NCBI GenBank assembly: GCA_030141605.1
Contig: JAQGDQ010000031.1
Span: 868,001 to 932,000 of the forward strand
Source of the DNA: Tubiluchus corallicola
Taxonomy: Eukaryota > Animalia > Priapulida
DNA: 64,000 bases
Reading direction: 5' to 3'
The first letter of the stretch is position 1. Every line of letters begins with the position of its first letter. Positions 50,779-64,000 of the stretch are shown here, piece by piece. The translations under genes and the position numbers were made by a program. The notes beneath the pieces were generated by a model, which saw only the letters and a program-made list of their open reading frames with translations, was not told the DNA's origin and did not search any database.

Positions 50779-53700
50779 TAAAATGTTTGACTTTGGCTTT
50801 TGTAGTGAAAAGGTCCTTTGTCAAATCCAAATTTCTATCCTGCCCTTACACTTTTTCTCTTGTGTTTGTTAAAACAAAATTTAGCCTTTTGAATAATAAT
50901 CTGATTTACACGAGGAAACTGTTGGAGTTTGAAAATTTCTTGATGAAAAAACTTTGTCAGTGTTAGCAACCAGTGTGCCAAGGAGTCTTGTTTTTGTCAA
51001 GTGTTATAATTATTGTCTTATCCAGCTTCATTAAAATTTTATTGTTTATGTATTGTTGTGAGCAGTAATCACTAATCAGGCAGTTGTAATGAAGCGAAGA
51101 TAGAAATTAGGCTGTAAATTATTCGCTGTTTTACGTTTTTCACTTTTGCAAATGTCTATCTGCTTGTTAACACTTGTAAGACTCTCATGTAAAATTGAAC
51201 CATTTTCTTTTTTGTAAAAAGAAGTAATTTATATAATTTTATTTCAATGTTGATTATCTAAATTATGCGATGATGAGGTATTTTACTTAACAAAAATAAA
51301 CAAAAAACTTGAAGTCAAAATGTTTTGCTTTTCTGTAATTTTCGCAGCTTGCTCTTTTCCTGGATGCTGTCATATGAAAGGACGTTATGAACATAGCATA
51401 TAAACATCTGTGATCTGAATGTACAGTTTTGTACTCAAAAGGAAAATCTAATGATATATGCACTTACTACGTTCTTAATCTTTCATTCTTGTTTGTATTA
51501 CACACAACAACAAATCTACTGCAAAGGAGCTGTCAAAATTTCTTTATTAAATAATAATGGCATAACCGTGGTTATTACACCCTCAGTAACACGCTGACTA
51601 CTCAGTTTCAGCATTGCACAATCGCATTTAAAATGGCCAGGTTTAGGCCAACTGGCCTAGACTACTTGCGTTTAAATTACTAACTGAAGCAAACATACAA
51701 AGGTAATGTTGAAATCAAAGAATCCTGACAATGGGCCAATGAATTTCGCTTGGCATTATTGAAGAATACCTTTTTGTACTTATACGTCATAGGCACCTAC
51801 AGTAGATACATCTGCTTGAAAATTATTTTAGTGGCAAAAACCGAACTTGATTGTTTATGATGTGTGCTTGGCAGTGAAGTTAAACAGTACTATAGCTGAT
51901 TAGTAAATGGTAAGGTGACTGTCTGATCATAAGGTTTATCATGGAGTTGGTACTTAAAATTTATTATTGTGGAGTAGTGCAGAGTGGAACAGCACTTGCA
52001 AGTTTTAAATTAATTTACACCCTTGAATTATAATGGAAATATTTATTTAATTACTAATCACACTTGGTCTGTAATGGAAATAACATTATGTTTTTACATA
52101 TCCAAATAAAAAATATTTTTCCATTCTTCTCAACTCCACAATAATTAATTTTAAGCACCAACTCCATGATATACAGTAGGTACATTTGCTTGAAAAATTA
52201 CATTACAGTTCAAGGGTGTACATTAATTTAAAACTTGCAAATGCTGTTGTTATCGCATAGAGCGCTTTGCAAGAAATTTAAAGAGCGCTTTGCAAGAGAT
52301 TTAAAATGTCTCTTAATTTAAAAAATAGTGATGCAAACAAACATTATTAAACTTTGTATAACCAATTGTTTTGGTGTTTCTTGTGACTACTGTGTGGCGC
52401 CACAGTGTCAGTAGGCTGCAGGCGTGGGTGTTGTGTAAACAGTTGTTTCTAACCTAGACAGCTTTTATGTTTCTCTCTCCGTTGAGCTAGCATATCTTCT
52501 TAGTCTGTCACAGTTCGGTGGCAACATGCTGTCGTCGCGAAAACCGAGTTAATACAAGATGAAGATTAAATCTACCAAGAAGGCAATTATTTGACGCGAG
52601 AAAGGCGAAGATACAGGCGCCACTCTGTCATTTCATAATTTCTGTTGATTGAGTTTTGTCAGCTCAGTGTAAGCGAACAAGGCTGTGAACTGGCTCAACT
52701 GAGAACTACCTGTTGCGCGGCTTACGATACGTAAAGGTAAATGCTCGCTGTGCAGTGCAAATTAAGGAATCTAGACGCAGAGTTGCTAGTAGTGATTTAT
52801 TCAGTGTGAAATCATTGCAGAAAGTTTTTAGTGCACATATAATATTGGCAACTTCTGGCAGTAGTCAGCTTTGGATGAGACTACATCATGTAATACGTTT
52901 AGTAATAATTGGCATCCACGACAAATTTGTGAGCTAAACTGGACTAGATTGTTCCATCGTGTGGTATTTTACTCATGAAAAATTGTTTCGTTGTTGTGGT
53001 GAGAACTCGCAGGTTATTTGGGTGATTATTTCACAGGCGGCCTGAAAACTGAAGTCGAAGGCCTGCCTAAGTTATATTATTCAGTCATTGTCAAATTTCG
53101 CAAGATTGTTTATCGATTTATTTGAGTATTACGTACGTTTGTGTTGTTATATAGTTTACAGCCAGTTAACAAGTGTAGTTCTGGAGTAACATAGGGCGCT
53201 ATTATATGCCATTTAATGGAAATGTGCAAATTAAACAGTTTAACTATCAGTGTTTTCTAAACAAGATGAGGTTGATCCACGTCTACAAGTTTTCCTGTTT
53301 TTTCATTCTGATCGCTTTGGCACAAAGTAAGTATAGTTTTCCCAATCCTCATTAGTACAATGGTCCTGGAAATTAACAAAAGAAAAAAAGTGTCGAGTGT
53401 TTACCATTTAAAGTTCAAACGGATTGTCAGTTACTTTCATGGTTTTATTTAATTGTATTCGTAACCAGAAAATTAACAGCAAAAATCTACCTTAAGCTCT
53501 GTCACTGACCTTGATTTACTTAATGGTGTAGCAGCTGTGTACAAACCTACATAGTAGGACTGGTCAAGCCAGTTCAGTTGTCTGCATTCTTTGTGGTGTG
53601 TCGTTTAGGCAACACTTGTACAGCATGTTGTTTTAATTGTGCAGTTGTATGTACAGCTTGTACAGATGGTAAGTTGATGTACTATCTGTACGAATGTAGG

Positions 53701-56700
53701 AAAAAATGGCACAAATGGAAAAATTTTCGTAATAAAACTAGAATGCACTCAGTAGGCAGTAGATCTCTGCCAAAGCCGAATCTTTTGATTAAAAAAAAGT
53801 TTAACACAAAGATAAACAAGCAAACATACAATAATGTGCCTGTGTTAGTATTATCATAGACTAGCAAAAGTCTCACAAAATATTTGTTTATTATATACAT
53901 TTATAATTATATAATGACAAATATATACGTGTGTATTTACATACCAAGTCACTTTGTAAGGCTATGTACATTAATAAGCCAAGGTTATAGACGGCATTAC
54001 ACAGGCGAAAATTTCTCGAAATGGAACTGGAAATAATTCGTACTATATTGTTTGCCCTTGGTGTAGATAACAAAAAAGAAGTACTAAACATCTCTCTCGG
54101 GCATTCACGAAGTGTTTTTTGTATGTGGTGTTCAGTCAAGTTTTGCAAAAGGATTCCCATTTTTGTACCCAATACACCCTTCTCGAAACTTTCATGGAAC
54201 TCTATTAAGTAGTTGTTGCATAACAGGCTTACTGCCATAATAGACAAAAACAACCAAACAAACATTAAACAAACAAACTGCGTCAAAGCATAACAAAAAT
54301 AATTATCTCCCACGGTAATCCTAACCCTAAAGTCATATTTTAGTAAGTGTGTCATTTTTTCTGTGCCATTTTTACCTGGATTTTTACCTTGCCAGCTACT
54401 GAATTTAAGCTGTTTTCTAAACCACAATTCATTTTTGTTATACGGATTCCTTGTTTATTACACACCGTGGTGGACTTAATTTGAGTATCATTATTTGGAG
54501 AATTGGAGGGGGGGGGCAAGTTTCCCTTTGCCTTGGGGGCGAGGCTCAAAAATTCTCTTGGTGGTCCTGTATTTGAATGCTTAAGTGAAATTAAGTCTTG
54601 TAAAACTAGAATACTACTGCTTAGAATTGTGATTTAGCTGGACGGGTGAGGTGCTGTTTAATGTCTCGTTTATGTAGATTTTCCCCGGCTAACTTGATCA
54701 CTTACCTTTGTCGTTTTAATTTTCACTTCAGCAGACAAATGTACGTCATTTCTTCTCAGTGCAGCGACCTCTAAGAGCACATGTATAAGTGCTCTTGTAA
54801 TTGGACTTTGTGCACTTTGCGTTTTCTGGAGTCTGTAAGTCTGCACTCTCTATTGTTGCTTATAATTAACCCTCTCAGGGGGTTCGTATTTACTTGGTCA
54901 ATAATTGGCCGTTAGACTGGACCTTGAAAATGGAAGTGGACTCATTTTCACGGAAAGGCGCAGGTATTATGGGTCAGTGTTGGCTTTGTACGGTTGAAGT
55001 TTGCGTAGCGTACTCCTCATCTCTAATTTATCTGACACTTGGTGACTGACATTGTCCTTGTACTGAGCATTGGGAAAGTCCAAAGACTTGGTGACTTGGT
55101 GAGGTTCTTGAGCTTCCAACAAAATAATCTAGATACAGGCTGTTATTTTAACAACTTACGATTACGAATAGCGATGATGTAGCTAACTGGTATATTAACG
55201 TATTGGTAAGGTGTCATGATATGCAGATATGATAAGTCGTCTAAAACTAACTTTTTAGATACGTAGGGAAATTGTGACAGTCAAGTTAAAACACTGCACG
55301 AAGAACATGGTAAAACAGTGAAAGCACATAATTTCTCAAACTAGTTAAAATCAGCTTAATATTAAAAATAAATTTTGATCTATAAAACTGCAACTTTAAT
55401 TTAGAATCTAAGAACTGGTACATGACAATGACGTCATAATAATAATCACCTGCCACTTTTGTAAACTAAGTTCTCCGTCTACTTATAATTTTTTTAAAGG
55501 AAAGCATAAAGTTTTCTAATGGATCTTTGAACCTATTCACAGACTTTAACTGAATGGATAATGTACAGTATTCTTTACTCTTATGGTCAGTAAACTCACA
55601 AGCGCACTACATTTTGGCAAACGTTACAATATTTTGTAGTTTGTCTTATGCGCTCCGTGAATTTGAATGATAGATTTTTGTGTTGTACGCAAAAACGACT
55701 GCCAATCCTGCAAATTGTTTTTAAATTACCGGATTTTCTTCGAATACGCGCAAGCTCAGGTTTGAGGTTGTGAGGCGGGTTTTGTTTTTCGGTTAAGTCA
55801 AAAGTGCTTGTTTGTTATATTCGTAATCCCATAGAATGTCGTCATTTATTAGAATTTGCAATAATGATTTGCTTTGCCTGCATAACGATCTTCGCCGACA
55901 GAATAAGTTTCATGTCGATAACAGGATGTTGCTAATAGAGTGTTAAGTGCCTTGATTTATAATTTAATGAATACTTCGTGGAATGGCCGCGCATTATCTA
56001 TTATTGATCAATAGTGGCACGCACCTTATGTCGCATTGATACTGTGGAGGACAGTTTACAAAGCGGTTTGCGACTCTGAAGCGATGATATGCTTGGACCG
56101 GAATAATTTTTTTTAGTTTTCTTTAACCTTCATGGTCAGAAGAGAGAAGACAGGCTGTACTTTAAACTTTTTGTTTAAGAATCATCATTGTGTCCCAAGT
56201 TGAGAGCTGCAGTAGTATACATATTATCGTTTTCGTCGTCACAGTTTAATTAAAGCAAAGCTTCGTCCACAAAATGTGCCAATTATTCGCTCCCTGTGAG
56301 AATTTAATTTTTATCGTTGCTTTATGTTAACGGTAGATTAATTTTCTAGGCAAGTTAAAGTTAAACAAAACAAGGCTGAAAAACTCAGTGACGCCATTAC
56401 CTGTACTATAAGACTAAATACCGATATAATTATTCCTTTTCTTGAGTTAGTGTATTATAGAATTCTGTTCAATATTATTGTACAGTGCAGCAGAAAGCTG
56501 AAGTGATTGTGCAATTGAATTGCTGACTCACGTGTACAAATCATTGTGTTAGGTCATGTTAAGCTTTAATCCCTTAGTAAACATGGCAGTTCTCAATTCA
56601 GTTTTGCAACTCTTTAAAAAAGCCTTGCGGAGTCAATGCTAATAATGGGGTGAATTGTTAAATAGTTCTGCATGGAAACTTTAGCCGGGTCTAGAGATAT

Positions 56701-58489
56701 GAAAAACTTTTTCAGTTTGTATCATTTTTGTTGAATCAAATTTTGTGTACTATAGTAGCAGCTGTCTTGTAATTTTACTTTTTTGCTGGCATGTGTTTTA
56801 CAGGTGTTTAACGTACGCCTTTTTCTTGCCGGTTTGGTTAGGCATAATGCGTTGATCAATTGCCAATTTTAATAAATTTCTTTTGATGCGGCTTAAACAA
56901 AGCCTCTTAAAGGCACCTTTGACTCTTCTGCGTATACAAATTTAGTAATTTTTACTAGTATTTTTTTCATCTACAGTACCTTCAAATGATTCTTTACTTG
57001 ATTACTTGTATATCTGTGATGTTGTGACATTATCAAATTCTTAAAAACAACACCGATTGTTTAACTGTTAAATTTAAATGAAGCCATTTAAGTTTAATAA
57101 TTGTAGGTTGTGTAATTTTAACCTTTTCTGCTCCTGGGCCTTGAGGGAAGGATATTGCACCCACACACACCCACGTTGCTCGCGACACTGTAATTCTAGT
57201 ATCCCAGGAGTATACCAAATTCTTTTAACACAGCTGCTGCCGAACATGATTCATTACTGAATACCGAGTTACAAAACACAATCATCTATTCAGTGTATGT
57301 ACATAGACATGCAGAAATATACTGGGTCAAACATTAGAAAATAATTATGTATACTTAGACGACTGCATTATGGATGCGTCTTGTATAACATCATATAATA
57401 TTTTATGTAACCCAGAGGCTTTAAAGCTATTGTACAGTATAGTCAAACATAACTTTGACTGACGTAATACTTTTTAAATGTTTTGAGTGAGTTTGGCTAC
57501 ATATCCTACATTTCATAACAATTTAGAACAGTAATTAAGTTACGTTTATAGCTATATAAATTAAATGATGCTAAAAACTTATTTCACGGGTGTTATTACT
57601 TAGGATAAATGTACACTATACAGTGGCTATAATGTACACAAGCAAATGAAAAATTCGTTAAACGTGATGCCAATGATAACGATGGCTATAGCGATGATAA
57701 TAATTATAATAAAAAATAATGTATCAGTCAGTCAGCCATTCAGTCAGTCTTTCAATCATAATTAAACCGTACAGTAAATGTAGACAACAGTCAACGGACA
57801 AAAATGTAATCATAAATTAAAAACAAATACTAATGTTAAAATACAAAACTAATTAAAGGAACATTGAGACGTGGATGAAGAAAAGTAATAAAAAACAAAC
57901 AAATACAACTAAGTGAAGTAATAAAACTAAAATTCAGAGAGAATGCGGATGACGCATAAGTTGCAAAAAGTTAAAAACAAATGGAAACTAAAATTAATGT
58001 GATTCATTATGAAAAACTATTGGAGGTTATAAATATAAATAGAATATATGAAACCAGTGGGTTCAGGTGTCATAACTCCCTGTACATTCAGTAAGCTTAA
58101 CTATTACAGTTTTGGCTTGTGAGACAATTTTTAAAATAAGTAGCATAAAAGTGCAAAAGTAAGTTTAGCGGTTAATTAGGAGATAGCAGTTAATAAAATC
58201 TCCTAAGTCAGGATTTTATAAATTATACTTTCACAGTAACTAGCAAACAAGTAGCTGTACACTTCTTGGGTGGGTTTGAAGGACAGTGGTGTAATGATGG
58301 ACTTCATTTTCATAACGGATATCTTGTGAATCACATGTTTTTGTTGACCGTTGCTGCAAACTAAATACTGTTTATAAATATTTATCTTGTAAAATAGAAC
58401 GTGTTCAGCTTATGTTGGGATATCTTATGTCACATTAGTTAAACTCCAAGATCACAAGTGGAAATTCCAGGAACGCATAATTGGCACCG

Positions 58490-58830
58490 GCAACAGCAAC
58501 GACCCCAGGGACGACTTTGACTACTACTATTGTTAGTTGCATAACTACAACGACTACTTCTATTACAATAGCAATAACAACAATCACAGCCACAGTTACC
58601 ATTACCACTGCCACTAGCGCCTGCACCACTGCTACCACACCAAAATAATAAGTAACGGGAGCCGCTGCAGTAGTAATATCAACAACAACAACAACAACTA
58701 GTAGCAGAAACAACTGTTAGCAACAGCAGGAAAGACAACAGTGACAAGAAAAATAACAGCAGCAGCAACAACGACAACGGCAATGGCGGCGGCGGTGGCA
58801 ACAGCAGCAGTGGCGGTAGTGGCGTCGGCA
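58490..58830. repeat. Low-complexity degenerate trinucleotide tract (ACA/ACT/GCA/GCG)
   Basis: Direct inspection; accounts for the Val-rich and Ala/Thr-rich ORFs. Confidence 0.75.
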
Positions 58831-60256
58831 ACCTTGGCTAGAATGTTCAAGCCCAAAAATCATAACGATTACAAAACTACGTGGAAGTTATTGACAGTTT
58901 GTTCTGATGTTGGACTAGAGCAGTAGCATGATGTGCATCTTTAACTTAACTGAAGTTAAAAAACGGATTAATTGTTAATAGTAAATAGATGGATGCCCTC
59001 CACGAAACAGCAGATAAATGACCTCCACAAAACAGCTTCTTGGTTGTTTCGTCTGCCTTGTTGCCTCTGGCTTTTTAAGTCGTTGAGGGAGGACGCAGAT
59101 ACACCTGCGAATGTTGCTAAAAAGTTCATATATTATATGCGTTCATTTATGCGTAGAGAATATATACAAGTTTAAGTGATGCATAGGTTGTGGAAGATGC
59201 TTTCAGTTTCGCCTGTGACCTAATCTTTGCCTGTATAGCTTTGTCCCGCGAGTGCTTTGATGACTAGTAAGCCGCCAGTGCTTAGTGGGTGCTGAAACTC
59301 GGTCAGCAGTTTGCCTGATTTGCGAGTGACATGTCATATTTCATAGCCCTTTGAACGCAATTATCTGTGGAGATGAAAAATTTCTTGTACGAGCCGAAAA
59401 GCAATTGCGTGCTTTTCTGAACATGTTTAAGTTTAGTCGTTCTTGCTAATTTATGGCTGTGTAGAACAAGAAATGAGCAAACTTCAACGAGTGCCAACTG
59501 CCAAGGTGATTTACTGGTTTAAACAATTATCTTCAAATTTCGAACCATGACGTGTATGAAATCCATCATGCTTGGGGTGTGCTTGTTCATATTTCTGCTA
59601 TTACCATGGTACTGTGTTCAACATGAACTTTCCATTGAGGATTTAACAGACATGGAATCCTTAACAAAGACTTTAAAACAGAAAGGATATCGGTTAAAAT
59701 GTATATACATGTCTACCTAAAAAATCTCACTTTTGTCAAAATCTTAAAAAAGCATTGTAAACAAAATATTGATTATGGTATTTTTTATTAACCTCGGATT
59801 AATTTTGCCTTCCTTTAACCTCTCCTTCACATTTTACACGTCTATAGAAAAGTTCAAGTTTTAAAAGTTAAATATTATTGCGCGCTCGCCGTCTGTTTGT
59901 TCATTCATACACTAGTAACACAAGTATTCTTCCTGACCACTCTGTTTACGGAATTCACGCATAAGTTAATTCATCTTCGCTGAGCAAAACCAGTTTTTCA
60001 AAGCATTTACGTCATGCTGAACAAGTATTTTTTAATTTAACCTGTCTTGAAGTTTGAAGAGCAAAGAGAGTCCTAGAACGAAGGATTATTTTGATTTTTG
60101 GAAGCTGCGATGCATGTGGTAAAGGATGGACAAGTGATGGTACAAATTCATAATTAAGTACGGGGCGGTTCAGGCGGAAAATGAGTCACAATTAAAGCTA
60201 ATCTGACTAGCTAGAATGTCTTTAAAGTGTGCAATGTAGCGTTGAAATGATAAAAC

Positions 60257-60294
60257 TGATGATGTTGATGATGATGATGATGATGACGATGATG
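60257..60294. repeat. (GAT)n microsatellite
   Basis: Direct inspection. Confidence 0.85.
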
Positions 60295-61573
60295 AATTCT
60301 TGATTTATATTTAAAGAAAGTGGTTGGCCAACTATTAGGGATAAACTTTAGACTGTCGAGATCACTGGGGAACGTGGCAGTCTCGTGGCTGCGGCGTCTG
60401 TCTTGTAAGCAAAAGCTCCCTGGTTCAAATTCAGGCTATGTTCTAACTTTTTTACATTTCCCGTTCTTCAACGTTTGGTTTCAAAGTTAAATTAACAGTG
60501 GGTTTGTACCATCATTAAATAAGATTATAAATCATTAATGTTATGAAAGCGTAACCTTTATTACGTTGCTAGATTAAGCATATGATGTGTGAGTGTATTG
60601 TTAAATTATGGCTAGAGAAGCGAATATTGTATATTACTTTGTGCAGATTTCGACTGTTCGATAGTCTCAGATCGTGCAGTGCCCAATTCGGAGCATTGTT
60701 ACTTCCTGTAATCTGTTTAAGCTTATTTGCATAGCAGTGATGGGTTTTCCATTGAGTTTACAGAAAAAAACACATCTGTAGAGCAAACACCTGCAGAGAA
60801 TTATCGATTTTTTTGCATGTACTTTTCATGCTTTCAAGATAGAAATCTATACTTCGTGGTAGGGTCTTTGCGAAGGTCACGCATGCCAGATTGTGTGAAG
60901 AAATGTAGTGATACCGTCAAGACGTTATATGTAATGTAAGTGAAAAATCATAAATACGCTTTCATATAAATAAATAGTTAATTACAAGTAGTAGTCACTA
61001 CTGTACTTGAAAAATTAGTGCCTACAGGAAAGCTTGCGATTCTTACTTGCATTATGTTGTACACATGTTGTTCGTATAACTTAGTTGCCGTATTTTAAAC
61101 TATTCTAATGGTTTCTTAAAACATAGTGATGTTTTTGTGTTCCAAATTTTTTGCCCACTGGAATAACATTTTAATGTTCTTTTAATGTATGTCACTTACG
61201 TAAATATCTTAACTACTTTGTCTTTTCAGTTTTTCTAAATTGTATTTTTGTAAGACTGTCTAGGAGCTGAATTAAAGAATAAAAAAAAATAAAATAAAAA
61301 ATTGCAGTTTAAGAAAAAAAATTCGTCCTATACAGAAATTAACATTAATAGGCTACCACTTTATTTTGAGACGTCACTTGCATTCAGGTCTTATCGAAGA
61401 AATTTGTGTGTTTGTCTATAACTCTGTAACGAACAAGTAAAATAAATGTATAGGTTTCTAGATAGGTACGTTTGCAGCATAGACTACTAGGCCTTAGTTG
61501 TTTCATTCACATCTTGTCAAAAAATTCTTGTATTAGTTTGAAAATTGGAGGCAAAATAAATCAAAATGCTTAG

Positions 61574-61841
61574 GCGTCCAGTCGTGTAGTGTGATCGATA
61601 GCGCGTCTGTTTGGGAGGTCGTGAGTTCCATACCGCGGCCTTGTCAGTTCATGGACTTTAAAAATACCTGCTGTTGCCCTGCCTGGCGTAAAACTGGCTA
61701 ATAATAAGCTCTGTTATCTGGGTGAAGCTTCTTATTTACAGTTGATAATAAAAGCCTCTTGGCAAGGCTCGTGTTGTCTTTTGAACTGAAAGCCAATATT
61801 AAATAAAGATTATTGTTATTAGTATTATTATTATTATTATT

Positions 61842-61842
<1 letters not shown>
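61574..61842 (+). mobile_element. tRNA-derived SINE related to 47143..47398
   Basis: gggaggtcgtgagttccatac, ctttaaaaatacctgctgttgccctgcctgg, taataataag.tctg, taaataaagattatt tail shared with the 47143 copy. Confidence 0.75.
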
Positions 61843-61924
<82 letters not shown>

Positions 61925-61933
61925 TATTATTAT
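61843..61933. repeat. (TCA)n microsatellite embedded in the (TTA)n SINE tail
   Basis: Direct inspection. Confidence 0.95.
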
Positions 61934-62860
61934 AGATCATGAATCTTCTGTGATGTATTTTTGTGTTTTGAGGATTTGTAACTAATTTTATAACTGTCCC
62001 GTCATCAGGTAAATATTCAGTTTGGCCCACTGCAAGTAAGGCATTCTAGTAATGCTTAATTGCATAGTCTTACCGATTGTCACCCTGCCATTTAGTAAGT
62101 AGGCTTAACACTGCTTAACTTTCGTGGCCAAGCACTTACAATGGTGAATGGTAGTTGACACTCAATAAAAAAACAAGCTAACAATGTGAAAATAACTGCT
62201 GGCTCAGATGACAAATGCAAATTAAGCAATTTAAGCAGTATAGGTGTCGAACCATGATGCAGTAAAACTACTGGTTCCTGCGGTGCATGCATAGGAACCA
62301 CAAGACACGCTTAACTAGGTCAAAAGTGGATTTCTGTGTGAAGCGTTAATATTAAATTTATGGCCTATAATTGACTTGGTCATAAAATATGGCGACAGTA
62401 CCAGCACAGTGCTCGTACTTAATGGAAGTAGTTAAAACTATCACCAGCACGCACACTTGCTCTGCAAATTTCTAGAACATACATTATAAATTTACTTTAT
62501 TGAAAACGTTTTTAACTAATAGATGGTAATAATATTTTAGTTGTGTGTTAATTGCCTTAGCATTCGAAAGGAAATGGATTTTATGTATAGAAAAATTGTA
62601 TATTTGACAGTCATTTTTGACAGTACATATAACGTCGGTGGATAATTAAACTACATATCACAAGTTAACAGAGTGTACTAATCTGTACATGCTTTTAAGA
62701 ATGCCTTCTTTAGTGAAGGTTTGGAAGGAGTTTACAATTTCCCGCACAATTTAAATGTACTAACCCTAATCCTAATCCCAACCCTGGCCCAAGCCTAACC
62801 TTAACCCTGAACCAACCCTAACCTCAAACCTCAGATTTGCACTGGCGATAACTTTTGTTC

Positions 62861-63268
62861 TTTTGTCAAGTTTTTTTGACGTTCTGAATGCAGCATTTGC
62901 AAGTTTGAACAGTTATAGTAAGACATGTATCACAAAGTACTATAAATTGGCACTACTGTTTTTTGTCAAGTTTTTTTGACGTTCTGAATGCAACATTTGC
63001 AAGTTTTGAACAGTTATAGTAAAACATTTATCACAAAGTATTATAAATTGGGCACTACTGTTTTTTGTGAAGTTTTTTGACGTTCCGAATGCAACATTTG
63101 CAAGTTTTTAACAGTTGTAGCAAGATACGTATCACAAAGTACTATAAATTGGCACTACTGTTTTTTTGTCAAGTTCTTTTGACGTTCCGAATGCAACATT
63201 TGCAAGTTTTGAACAGTTGTAGCAAGACACGTATCATCACTAAGTGCTATAAATTGGGCACTACTGTA
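62861..63268. repeat. About 100-bp tandem repeat, 4 copies
   Basis: Unit ttttgtcaagtttttttgacgtt..gaatgcaacatttgcaagttttgaacagtt..atcacaaagtactataaattggcactactg starts near 62861, 62961, 63063 and 63164. Confidence 0.93.
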
Positions 63269-64000
63269 AGTCAGAGCAAGACTTTTACCTTTAAAACATA
63301 CTAATTATTTGCTACCCTGAGCCCATGACTTCTAAATCATCAACGTTTCAGTTTTGTGACGCCTTAATTTGGTTTGACAGGTGTCACTGTATGAATTCGC
63401 GCGCAGGGCGGCTCTATGTCAGGGGTTTTGTGGGTTGCTTGCATGTACATCTCAGAACTCACGAAAACACGATTACACGTGTACGCAGTTCTTTTATTAC
63501 GTATAGTTAAGATTGGTTATGTATAAATAGATGATATTTAAGAGTTACGAAACATAAGAATGTAGTCTTAAACAGCATTCTTCGTTCCGGACGGTCAAGG
63601 CACTGCTAGTTTTTGCGCGGAGGAAAAATTCCAGCGAAGGTCAAGTCTGTTGCTTGCTATGCTGCTCGGCTCCTCGTGTGATGTAGTTTAATGTAACGTT
63701 TTGTCATAAAATTAGCCTTTTATATTAACGATCTTGTGCTTGTCAACATAATTCAACTCCACTGTTGATACGTTCGTGCGTGAATGTTCTACAAAACGTT
63801 TCTATGAAGCGCGTCACTAGTAGATATCAGATTATTGATAGTGGTAGTTACTGGTGTGTAACTTAAATGTTCACATTTAGTTAGCGCTTAATCATTAGTA
63901 ATATTTACGATTATTATTGCTTAATATATTGCAGGGTTCAACGTATATAATATACAATAATATTGAAATTATTGTAGGGTCAGAAACTTATTGTTAACTC

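Noticed and set aside
54706-54770. Possible minus-strand exon (tag|...AAG|gtaagt)
   Set aside because: Isolated, weak acceptor inside a small palindrome, no recognisable protein and no neighbouring exons.
60376-60440. tRNA gene candidate (also at 31203, 46790, 47143 and 61574)
   Set aside because: Degenerate A/B boxes without an intact cloverleaf; better explained as SINE heads.
61698-62030. Minus-strand ORF with poly-Asp and a possible acceptor (cttacttgcag)
   Set aside because: Runs into a microsatellite and SINE tail; no partner exons or recognisable homology found.

Overview
AT-rich, intron-rich animal genomic DNA, probably a protostome; the protein is most like arthropod sulfateless as I recall it. 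The window holds one complete protein-coding gene on the + strand: a bifunctional heparan sulfate N-deacetylase/N-sulfotransferase (NDST/sulfateless), CDS 29344..48489, 14 coding exons per transcript, about 873-874 aa, with all splice phases closing. The main observation is a pair of paralogous, apparently mutually exclusive exons (35308..35420 and 37140..37255), each encoding the HMWSH metal-binding motif of the deacetylase active site. Including both or skipping both gives a premature stop, and both exons are followed by the same 10-nt intronic motif at a similar distance. The gene also has a 3' splice site triplicated at an in-frame 27-nt period and four uORFs just before the start codon. 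The rest is non-coding: LINE fragments, tRNA-derived SINEs, MITEs, a 29-bp minisatellite of about 48 copies, a 100-bp tandem repeat, microsatellites and a three-piece templated mosaic. Family assignments come from motif recall, not database searches.
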